NCBI RefSeq assembly: GCF_006345805.1
Contig: NC_043021.1
Coordinates: forward strand, 7,998,001 to 8,062,000
Length of the DNA: 64,000 nt
Source: Octopus sinensis
Taxonomy: Eukaryota
Reading direction: 5' to 3'
The notes under the pieces were generated by a model that was given only the letters and a program-made list of their open reading frames with translations, was not told the origin of the DNA and made no database searches. Positions 53,431 to 64,000 of this stretch are shown in pieces. Numbering within the stretch: position 1 is the first letter of the stretch; the number at the start of each line of letters is the position of its first letter. The position numbers and the translations under genes were made by a program.

Positions 53431-54063
53431 TCACAGACTACAGCACACATGTAATCCCAAAGACAAATTTCACAACTTGCGAAATAAACACAGTGACGTC
53501 ACTCGATACACGGCCTCATGAAGGTAACTGCTAGCTCTCCACTGCACACACATCTATGTGCAGCCATCTGTTGGCACGCTACAGAACAAGTCCAGGAACT
53601 TTTTGATGCCACCTCATAAAAGGATATAATAAGGCAGTGATGTAGCTGAATCATTAAAGTGCCAGGCAAAAGGCTTAGAAACATTTCATCCATCTTTATG
53701 TTCAGTGTTAAAATTCTGCCAAGGTTGACTTTGCCTTTCATCCTTTTGGGGGTCAATAAAATAAGTACCAGTCAAGCACTGGGGTCAATGTAATTGACTT
53801 AGCCTCTTCCCTGAAACTGCTGCCCTTATACCAATAATTTGAAACCAATATAAAATTATGTAATTTGAGGAAATTTAACTACTATTTCAAGCAGGCTGAG
53901 TGACACATAAACCAGAGTTTGTAAGCCATTTAGTACCTGATAGCAAATTGCAACTGCTTAGTAATCTGTGGGTATACTTCTATTACGACAATGATGGTGA
54001 CAATGATAATAATGATGATGATGATGCCAAAAATATCAAATTGCTAATTTTACAAATTCATAG

Positions 54064-54167
54064 GTGTTCAACTTTGTAATAAGCTGACCTGGAGTAAAGA
54101 AGGCATGTCATTTAAGAGATTGCAAATGGCAGTGAAGGAACTTCTACAAACACAACTGATTCATTGA
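54064..54167 (+). CDS. Candidate terminal coding exon of an unidentified gene
   Basis: gctaat branch-like site and ttttacaaattcatag acceptor; VQLCNKLTWSKEGMSFKRLQMAVKELLQTQLIH*; AATAAA at 54233-54238. Confidence 0.3.
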
Positions 54168-54329
54168 TTAATCAAATGATGCATCAAACAATCAATTAAT
54201 TTGTTGCTTAAATAGCAAACCAATTGATGAATAATAAAGAAGTGAAACAGAACCAGTGTGTGTGTATGTGTTTATTACTGAAACCAATATAAAAGGATGT
54301 AATTCGAGGAAATTTAGCTACTATTTCAA

Positions 54330-54490
54330 GCAGATTGAGTGATTTTATTCAACACATTTCCTTCTCAGATTCACACACTTATTGCAGTAGTCCTTCAGTT
54401 TTTCCTAAGCCCTGCAAAAGAACTCAGAAGGTTGGGCCTCCAGTCAGGCCTTTAATGATACCCTAAAAACCAGGATCTTTTCAGCACCCT
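54330..54490 (-). mobile_element. Mariner-derived MITE fragment
   Basis: Reverse complement of the 14949-15384 family. Confidence 0.7.
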
Positions 54491-55924
54491 GTTGTAATAG
54501 GCTTGCAATTCAAACCACTACTGATATTTTATTGTATATTGCAGTAGTATAATTTATTGTTGAATTCAGTTCAGTTCACTTAATCCTCCGCCTCCTCATC
54601 ATCATCATTTAAAATCCATTTTTCCATGCTTGCATAAGTCACACAGAATTTGTAGAGGCTGATTTTCTACGTCTGGATGCCCTTCCTGTCACCAACTTTT
54701 ACCTGATTCCAAGCAAGGTTATATTTCTCCACAGCCAAACACATTTTCATTGGAAGTCTGGAAATGAACAACATCACTTGTATGACTGGTGGTGCTCATT
54801 CACAAGAGTACTTACAAACGCACACAAACAAGCACACATATATTTACATATGATGGACTTCTTTCAGTTTCTGTTTACCAAATCCACACACAAGGTTTTA
54901 CTCAGCCCAAAGCTATAGAAAATCTCTGCTCAAGATATCACACAGCAGGACTGAACTCCAGGACCACATGGTTAGGAAGTAAGCTTCTTAACCATACAGT
55001 TACACCTGAACCCAGCGCCATCTTAAGGCACAGGCACACTGGGCAGTTGCCCAAGAGCCCCACAGGTCTAGAAGGCCCAATTCTGATCTATGCATGTTAT
55101 GGTGTGCTGTTAATAAATACATACTACAGGGCCCGGTGACTGATTTGCCCAGGGGCATATAATGCTGTTAAGACAGTTCTGCCTGTGCCTACAATTAGAA
55201 AATATAACATAGCATTTTGGAATGTGATCTGAGATAGAGCAGCATCATATTGTAGATACTGTAACTCTTTTTAAAAATATTTAGGAGGGGAGATATTAAA
55301 AAAAATAAACAATATCCACTCAAACTCTTATACTATATCTCTATCCTCTCTGTGCTACTTATACTTTTTCACCAACTGTTCCCTGTAAGACCTCTCTCTG
55401 TCACTCTGACTGTCTCTAAATTTCTCTCTCACTCCCATCTCTCTCCGCTTCCTTGTCTTACTAGGATAGCCAAGTATCTCCTCTGTAGTAAGATAGCTAT
55501 CCCTGTCTGTCTTTCATACTCCAACCTATTGTCTGGCACATGGCCACTTTTCTTGGTTCCTCTCCCCATTTCAGCTGAGACGTCCTTATTTTGCAAGCTA
55601 CTTTGCCACCCTACTGGTAATGGTGCCACTTAAAAAAGCGTCCTTGCTCAAATCACATAAAAAGCACCTGTGCCAACATCATATAAGAAGCAATACTAGC
55701 AGCACATAAGCACTTGTATCGGCACCACATAATAAGTATTCTTATTATGTGGTCTTGGATGCCCTATAAAGGATCATGTGCAATATCTCCTCTCCTAGAT
55801 CATCATTTAACGTCCGTTTTCCATGCTGGTATGACTTGGCTGTTTGAATAGGAGCTGGCAGCTGGAGGGCTGCATCAAACTCCAGTCATCTGTTTTAGCA
55901 TGGTCTCTATTGCTCTATCTATGA

Positions 55925-56150
55925 CGATTTCATCTGAATCGAAGGAGAAGGGCTTTCTCCGTCTGGATTGTGGATCCGTGGAATAAGCTGCCGGACAAGA
56001 TAGTGAAGATGCCGACGACTGCTCAGTTCAAAATCTCTCTTGACTAGAAATGGCCTGAACTCTTTGTATGACCACCCTGCCTGTACATAACTCCCTGTCC
56101 CCCTACATGGCCTTGCTCTTGCTTTTTCAGCCAATAAAAATTGAATTGAA
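55925..56150 (+). mobile_element. CR1-like LINE 3' end, (AATTG)n tail
   Basis: Same 3' sequence as 38601-39000. Confidence 0.85.
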
Positions 56151-56774
56151 TTGAAAAAAAAAAAAATTCTTGCCAGTGTCACATAAAAAGCACCCAGTAC
56201 ACTCTGTAAAGTTGTTGGCATTAGGAAGGGCATCCAGCAATAGAGACCATGCCAAATCATATGACTGGAGTTTGATGCAGCCCTCCAGCTTATCAGCTCC
56301 TATTCAAATAGCCAAGTCATACCAGCATGGAAAACAGACATTAAATGATGATGATCTGGGAGAAGAGATCAGCTCCTATTCAAATAGCCAAGTCATACCA
56401 GCATGGAAAACAGACGTTAAATGATGATCATGATGATGATCTAGGAGAGGAGATATTGCACATGACCCTTTATAGGGCGTCCAAGACCATTCAGAGTAAA
56501 GGAGGACATTATTCTCAAGCAAAAGACCTGGCCCGAATGCTTACAACAGCTTCAACTCCACTAAACACGTCCTAGGTTTCAGATGGCAGGGACAGACCAG
56601 GTGACTACTTAGGAGAGTGGTTAAGTGGATGACCAAAGAGACATATCTATTTTTACATCTTGGCAGTGCAGCTCTCCAGCTCTGGTCAAACCATCCAACC
56701 CATACCAGCATGGACAACGGACATTAAATAATGATGATGACGATGATGATATCTATCTATATGTATTTTTTCTT

Positions 56775-57120
56775 TTATTTGTTTAATCGAGCAAACTTGA
56801 CCCCGGGACTTATTCTTTGTAAGCCCAGTACTTATTCTATCGGTCTCTTCTCTTTTGCCGAACCACTGAGTGACAGGGACATAAGCACACCAGCATCGAT
56901 TGTCAAGCAATGCTAGGGGGACAAACAGACACACAAACATACACGCACACACACATATATGACGGGCTTCTTTCAGTTTCTGTCTACCAAATCCACTCAC
57001 AAGGCTTTGGTCGGCCCGAGGCTTATAGTAGAAGACACTTGCCCAAGGTCCCACGCAGTGGGACTGAACCCGGAACCATGTGGTTGGTAAGCAAGCTACT
57101 TACCACACAGCCACTCCTGT
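56775..57120 (-). mobile_element. Bipartite CORE-like SINE
   Basis: Family match. Confidence 0.88.
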
Positions 57121-58259
57121 ACAGCAATTGCCAGCTACCAAATCCAGTCACAAGGCTTCTGTCAGTCTGAGGTTATAAGAAATGACACTCACCTAAGGTG
57201 CCACATGGCAGGACTGAACCCCAAACCACGTGATTGTGAAGCAAACTTCTTAACCTATGCCCATGCCTAAATACATACATACACACATACATACATGCAC
57301 ACGCATACATATATACATACATGTGTGCGCGCGCATGTATGTGTGCGTGCGTGAAATATAAATACTGCTATTACTACTGCTTCAAACAATAGTATTTAAT
57401 ATCTTTTTAGCAAAATGTCTGAAATTTGGAGGAAGGAGGTTAATAAAGCCAGTTGTAATAGATTAGGAATACGGCTATACATTTTTGAGAGCGGGGTGTG
57501 TACCTGGCTGATTTAGTCGATATCAGTTAATGACTGGTACTTACTTTATTGACCCGGGAGGACTAAGAGGCGAAAATTACGCTGAGCGGATTTGAACTCA
57601 GAACGTAAAGGGACATAACTAAATACTCAGTACACTTAATCCGGTACTCTATCGCTTCTGCTTTGCTCCAAATAACAATGTCACCCTCACCAACCACCAC
57701 CACAACTATTAACTAACTAGCGAATATTAAGTTAGGATACATACGACTGCTGCTGATAATGTAATTTCGTCTATTTTTACTACTACTACAACAACTACTA
57801 GTTCCACTACTTCTAATGGTAGTAGTAGTATTGTTAAGTGATATTTGTACTACTAGTGACAGTGGTTAATGTTACTACTAGTACTACTTATATCTGTAAT
57901 AGCATAATTAATTATATGGCTGCTATTACTGTTACTAGAAGCAATAAATGTTAACTATTACTGCTACTGGCAGGGAATAATACATATAGGTCACACTTAC
58001 TACTACTTCTAATAATAATAATAATAATGATTTCTTACATCATAAATTCAGTTACAGCCATGGGTGGGGGGAATATAACATCGGAGAAAAAAGGGTTTAG
58101 TAAGCAACCCTGAAATTCATAAAACAGTAATAGGGTTGTTATCCTCAAATACAGATTATAAGTATGAACATATGCGTATATATAGCAAAACAGCTAAAAA
58201 ATAAAGACATTTATAAAATATTTGTAACAAATTTATCGGATAAAGGCGTCAGGGCAGTT

Positions 58260-58800
58260 TAGTGTTAATCAGTAAAATCGTTTAAGTGAAAGCTTTGAAA
58301 TAAGAATTTGGTCGGAAATGAGCTGGGTTTTTTTTTTTAATTAAACACAGATTTCGTTGTTCGTTTGGTATTTGTATTTTCTTTAATAATTTGTGTGCCT
58401 GATTCGCGTGGTAACGGCGTGAAATTAAATATAAAAGCCAGTTGGGTGTTGGGTTTTTGACGAAAGTGCTTGTGGCAGCCATGACTATTTTATTATCTCC
58501 CTTGAAATCTCGTTTCTTCACCTTGCATGACAAATACCCAGAATGCTGCGAGAGAAGCATGCGCAATTCAATCGTGCCGCTGTGCCAGTCGCAGCAGGAC
58601 GTTTGGATGGCTGCATCGGTCGAGACGAACGAGAATAATTGGGGAAAGAAGAAATTGGAAAGAAAAGTTCTTGAAAAATTATCGAAAAAAACCAATTCGA
58701 AAATAGTTGAACCCGAGATAATCCGACTGAGAACTGCGCGAAAACCCACTTCTTGTTAACAACAACAACAACAGCAGCAGCAGTATAACACATACGTATG
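58260..58800. promoter_or_regulatory. CpG-rich putative promoter / 5' non-coding exon region upstream of MEPCE
   Basis: CpG retained in non-repeat DNA; NRF1-like GCATGCGCA at about 58557-58565; plus-strand donor c|gtatgt at 58796. Confidence 0.55.
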
Positions 58801-59484
58801 TGTGTGCCTCTCTCTTATCTCTTTACCTTTTCTTTATCTCTTAATTCACTTCTACTCTGCCTCCTCCTCTTCTTTCATTTTCCTCTTTACTACACCTCTT
58901 CTCTTGCATTCTCTCTCTTCGACATTACCCTTTCTCCCCGTCACTCTCTCTCTTCGCCTATCTGACTTCCACACTCTCTCGTATACCTCCGTTATACGCC
59001 TTCTTTCGTCTTTCTTTCTCTTTCTGTCTTTTCCTTGATTATTTATTCCTTAACGTCAACAATTTTTCTCTACCTTTTTTCCTTTGTAACATGTTCTCTC
59101 TCTCGAAAACAGTTAATTGTCCACATTAACACGTTACTTTAAAAAAAAAACCTACATTTATTTTTTTACATACACATTGCAATAGATACACATGCAATTA
59201 TCTAATATACACATTAACATGTATAAACAAGATTTCGGTAATGTATGTATATATTTACATACATGTGCATGATATCTGAGCCTCTCTAATTTGCATCTTT
59301 CTCTCTCTCCCTCTACATCTATGTGTCTTATATATATTGTATTTGTTCAGTGATATAATCTCATTAACATCCAACTTCGCACCTTAGGATACATGCACCA
59401 ACAAAAACACTTCAAACAAAGTTACACAGGGAACTGCTATTTTCTTTTAAACAACATAGTTTTTGTTTTGAAATCTATTGTATC

Positions 59485-59900
59485 CTGCGTGCACATGCTC
59501 GTTGTCTAACGTATACTCACACACACACACACGCATACAAACATACACACGCGTGCACATACTCGTTGTCTAACGTATACTCACACACACACACACGCAT
59601 ACAAACATACACACATATATGTACACACGCGTGCACATGCTCGTTGTCTAACGTATACTCACACACACACGCATACAAACATATATGTACACACGCGTGC
59701 ACATGCTCGTTGTCTAACGTATACTCACACACACACACGCATACAAACATACACACATATATGTACACACGCGTGCACATGCTCGTTGTCTAACGTATAC
59801 TCACACACACACACGTGCACATGCTCGTTGTCTAACGTATACTCACACACACACACACACACACACATACAAACATACACACATATATAATATACACACA
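59485..59900. repeat. VNTR, six units with core GTGCACATGCTCGTTGTCTAACGTATACTC(AC)n
   Basis: Cores at about 59489, 59552, 59631, 59697, 59773 and 59815. Confidence 0.93.
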
Positions 59901-61221
59901 TGCAAAACATACACGCGTGTACCTACAAAACCACCGCGTATATTGTAGTATAATCTGTATTACTATACAGCATAGTGTTCCGTGCGTGTGCACGTACATT
60001 CACATCAATGTAATTTTGCCTGTTTCCTTTTTCTACTCTCTTTCTTCATCCTCCTCTTTTCATCCACACCGTTTTATTGTTGTCATTACCGCCATCACAA
60101 CAACGACATCCATCCAAGCCAGTCCAATCCTCCTTACATGTGCGTTGTTTGTTTTTTTCATTTTATGTTCCCCTCCTTTTCGACTGACTGTTCTTGTGTC
60201 AGTCTAGAAAAATTACTTTTAAAAAATTTCTCTGATGTAACAAAACACAACACGTTTATAAGCAGCGTTATTTACTTTATCCACTTAATTTTTGTATTTT
60301 TATTATATTGTTCATTTACTTATCAATTTTTCTTGTCATTTGTTATTTTAATTAAACCATGTTTATTTCTTTAAATGTATTGAGAAAATAGTTACCAGCT
60401 TTTAAACAACTTTTAAAAGATTTTAAACAACCACCTTTATAGATAACACTTGCATTTGTATATATCTATATATTTATACATATATATATATATACATATA
60501 TATAAATATAAATTAGCTTTGGTAACTTCCTCGAAGAGGATGACGACCAAGTCCTGTAAACTGCTGTATACTCGTAGTTATAGTCGTCACACTAGTTTTC
60601 CTTCGCGTACCAATCATTGCCGAATCGACAGAAATATTTTGGTTTCGCCAAGAGATTCTGCAAGCAGTTCCTCGAGTGCTTGTCTTGTATCCAGCGTGCA
60701 CCGGAGGAGATCGGCCCCACACACTTGTGCAAGTGGTGGTGGTGGTGGTTTACGTTACAATAATAATAATAATAATAATATTGGTAGTTGTCTTCAAAGA
60801 ATTAATTACCCTCCTACTATTGTGGTTCCTCATCTTACACCCTCACAAGTTCCTGTATCAACAATATTTCACTTAAATCGGTGATATCGCTAGTCAAATG
60901 TTTACTTCATAGCAGCAACTATATTTCTTCATTAAAGACTTTGATACTTTTTTTTAATTTCGTAATTTTTTTAGTTTTAAACATGTTGGATTTATATAAA
61001 CATTTTTTTAAAACTTTCTCTATTTAAAATAGATTTCCCAAAGAAGCGCACGACACATCTAAATACACTTAATACACACAATTTTGACATTTATAAACAA
61101 TATCTCAAACTTTTATTAATTGTTCTTGGATGTGTGTGTGAGTGTGTGCATTCATCAAAAAAACGTAAAAGACTCGAATTAAAAGTTCTTAAAATTTTGA
61201 AGATCTCCTCAAAATAACATC

Positions 61222-62688
61222 ATGAGTGCTGTTGACTTGAAAACGGCTGTGAAACCACATTTTGATTTGAAAGATTTCAAATGCCGACCTGCAGAAGCAT
61301 CAGTCTTGGCGAGCACAAAGGTGAAATCACATGCGGGAAATGTGAGGCCAATGGGCGATTTAGAAAACAGTCGAGATTGTCAGAATTTTGACATGGAGAA
61401 TGAACCGGCGAAACACGGGAAAGGAGATGGCGTCAAGTTCTCCTATCCCATTCATCGGAAACGGTCCCGTTTCATGAACAGGTCTGGAGCAGCTGATAAC
61501 TATCATAATAAGAAGCGGAGGAAAGGTGAGAAGATAATACTGCCAACTAAATTTCTCTTAGGTGGGAACATTAACGATCCCCTAAACCTGAACAGTTTGT
61601 GCGATGAGGAAGTCAACAGAGCTTTAAATGAGCGGACGCCTCAGTCGTCTCCTGTCCCGACACCTGCTCATCGGCGTGATGTTGCAGTTGTCATGCCCAG
61701 AAACCAGTTTGATCCACTCAACCTGAACGAACCTGATATGGAAAACGAGCCATTAACGCCAGCGAAAATGAATGCCAAAAGGAAAAAGAGACACAAAGGT
61801 CGCAAAAAAAGCGAAAGCAATACCACTGGCGACTCAGTAACAACCCCAACCACACCAATATGTCTTTCCAAGGAGTCTGAGAAGAAGAAGATACTTGCTG
61901 AAGCTCTGAAGATCGAAATAGATGATGAAAGTGTACCCGTACCAACCAGCACTGTTGTTACCCCCAGGCATAATAGATCTGCTGTTGCCCCATTGACATT
62001 ATCTGTCTCCACACCTGTGTTGTCCTCATTGTCATCTGGTACCGGATCAACATCAAATACTGAGACAAATGAAAATCACAAGGTGAAATCTGAAGATAAA
62101 ATTGTCTCGCCAGTCATACCTCAGCTTTCACCTAAAAACCGGAAAAGGCGTTTAGCTAGTTTCTCAGAAAGCCGGACAGTAGACTCCAATTTGCCAGCTT
62201 CCAAAAACCTTAGTCGAGCTGAGAGCTGTCCCAATGATATTCCAAAGCCTACCATCACCCGTAAAAATCGAAGACGTCAGAGCCATCGAGGGGGCAAGGG
62301 AGGGAACAGTGCCAACTCAAAATCCTCTCGATTCATCTACGGTAATTACAATCGCTACTACGGTTATCGCAACACCGATGACATTGACCATCGTACCAAC
62401 TGCTTCAAAAGCGAATGGTTTGAAGGCAAGAAAATATTGGATATCGGCTGTAATGTTGGGCATCTGACTTTATTTGTGGCCCGTGAGTTCAAACCCCAGA
62501 TGATTGTAGGACTTGATATTGACAGTAAACTGATCTCTGCTGCTCGGAACAACATACGGCATTACATGAGTAAAAACGACCAAAACAAGTTCCCGGCATC
62601 TTGTAAGCTGAGTTATGGTCCTTTAGCTGCACCCTTCCAAGAAGAATCACAGCAAAGAAACTTTCCGCAAAATGTCAGTTTTAGACAG
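61222..62688 (+). CDS. MEPCE: 7SK snRNA methylphosphate capping enzyme (Bin3 family SAM methyltransferase), large coding exon (489 codons); continues beyond the window
   Basis: PTKFLLGGNINDPLNLNSL N-terminal motif; FIYGNYNRYYGYRN; SAM motif ILDIGCNVGHLT; GLDIDSKLISAAR; ends ...FPQNVSFRQ at phase-0 donor CAG|GTAAGT (62689). Confidence 0.93.
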
Positions 62689-62784
62689 GTAAGTTCACCA
62701 TTTTTCTTAAACTTCACTTTTTGTGTGCAAAACAAAGAAGATGTTCTTATTTGTTGTTATAAACAAGTGACAGAAACTCTAGAC

Positions 62785-63183
62785 CAGTGATTCTCAACCA
62801 GGGTCCATCTGGCCGTTGGGGGTTCCATACAAGGTTTAGTTGTTAAAGTTTATGTGCAATAAATTTATTATACTTCTACAATACACAAAGTATTTAAATT
62901 TGTTTACGTAATTCCTTTAGCTAGTTAGTTAGTTAATTTTTGGCTCAAAAAGCAAGGCCATGTAGGGGGACATGGAGTTATGTACAGGGTGGTGTTCATG
63001 TAAAGAGTTCAGGCCACTTGCGGTCAAGGGAGACTTTGAACCGAGCGGTCCCTAATGGTATTTGACTATTAAAATACAGTAAGATTTTTTTTTTTTTTTT
63101 TATAATATATACATTAAGTGGCTATGGAGGTCGGGTGAAGAAGGAATCAAAGGTGTTCACAGGCAAATGGTTGATAACCACTG
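62785..63183. mobile_element. hAT-Charlie/Buster MITE in the MEPCE intron, with a CR1 3' end (62917-63050, -) inserted
   Basis: TIRs cagtgattctcaacc / ggttgataaccactg; TSD-like ctctagac / ctctaaaa. Confidence 0.8.
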
Positions 63184-63231
63184 CTCTAAAATCTTCAGGC
63201 AAAAATATTTTGCAGTATTTAATTATGTCTT

Positions 63232-63603
63232 TACTCTTTTACTTATTTCAGTCATTTGATTGTGGCCATGCTGGAGCACCGCCTTTAGTCAAGCAAATCG
63301 ACCCTGGGACTTATTCTTTGGAAGCCTAGTACTTATTCCATTGGTGTCTTTTGCCGAACTGCTAAGTTACGGGGACATAAACACACCAGCATCGGTTGTC
63401 GAGCGATGTTGGGGGGGACAAACACAGACACACATATGTATGACAGGCTTCTTTCAGTTTCCATCTACCAAATCCACTCACAAGGCTTTGGTCAGCCCGA
63501 GGCTACAGTAGAAGACACTTGCTCAAGGTGCCACGCAGTGGGACTGAACCCGGAACCATGTGGTTCATAAATAAGCTACTTACCACACAGCCACTCCTGC
63601 GCC
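63232..63603 (-). mobile_element. Bipartite CORE-like SINE
   Basis: Family match. Confidence 0.85.
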
Positions 63604-64000
63604 TTAAAATTTTCTTAAAATTCTCACGGTTGACGTTTTATTACTTCCAGCTTGGCCAAAATATGTACTTGCTGTTGTTTAGCCCTAAGTCAGCTCTGAC
63701 TGAATAAACCAATGATCAAATGCACTCCAGCCATGACCTTAGGATCACTATATCCAATGTATCTTTCCTTTTTTTAAGTGTGACTTGAGGGAGATTTGGT
63801 TACTACTGCTTACATGTTAGCTTGCAACAACTACCAGTGATATACTTCTGGTTGCTTCAATTATGCTCCTCCAAAATTTGAGTCGTGTGATTAAGAAATC
63901 CTAATTATTGAACCGGTAAATTGCAGGATTAAATATATCCCTGTGTAACACAATTTTTGTCCTTGGTTAGCAACTGTTATTTCTTTCCCCTAGAAAGTAT

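Noticed and set aside
57480-57670. CpG-containing segment as a promoter or exon
   Set aside because: It is a degenerate minus-strand Nin-SINE
59485-59900. Conserved 30-bp core with variable spacers as a CRISPR-like array
   Set aside because: Spacers are only (AC)n variants, so this is a minisatellite
62689-62790. Last 33 codons of the 522-aa ORF as MEPCE coding sequence
   Set aside because: They follow a consensus donor (CAG|GTAAGT) exactly where similarity to the methyltransferase domain stops, so they are intronic

Overview
Repeat-saturated eukaryotic genomic DNA. The SINE/LINE families and extreme microsatellite density suggest a coleoid cephalopod, probably Octopus (inference). The only firmly identifiable gene is at the right end: a large coding exon (61222-62688, +) of the 7SK snRNA methylphosphate capping enzyme (MEPCE/Bin3), with a CpG-rich putative promoter/5' exon near 58.3-58.8 kb; later exons lie outside the window. 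The rest is mostly tRNA-derived SINEs (a bipartite CORE-like family, a Nin/Deu-domain family, a Meta/V-like family), relics of RTE, CR1, Tx1/L1 and R4/Dong LINEs, mariner and hAT(Buster) transposase relics, TTAA-flanked piggyBac-type MITEs, Penelope-like ends, long microsatellites and several local duplications. Most long ORFs in the supplied track are microsatellite artefacts. The most notable signal is a set of minimal type I hammerhead-ribozyme motifs from several distinct families, with palindromic stem III and covarying stem I. Two of them sit about 110 nt upstream of a shared multi-hairpin cassette that I cannot assign to a known element. Several splice-bounded candidate exons on both strands could not be identified. 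All alignments and folds were done by eye, and repeat boundaries are approximate.
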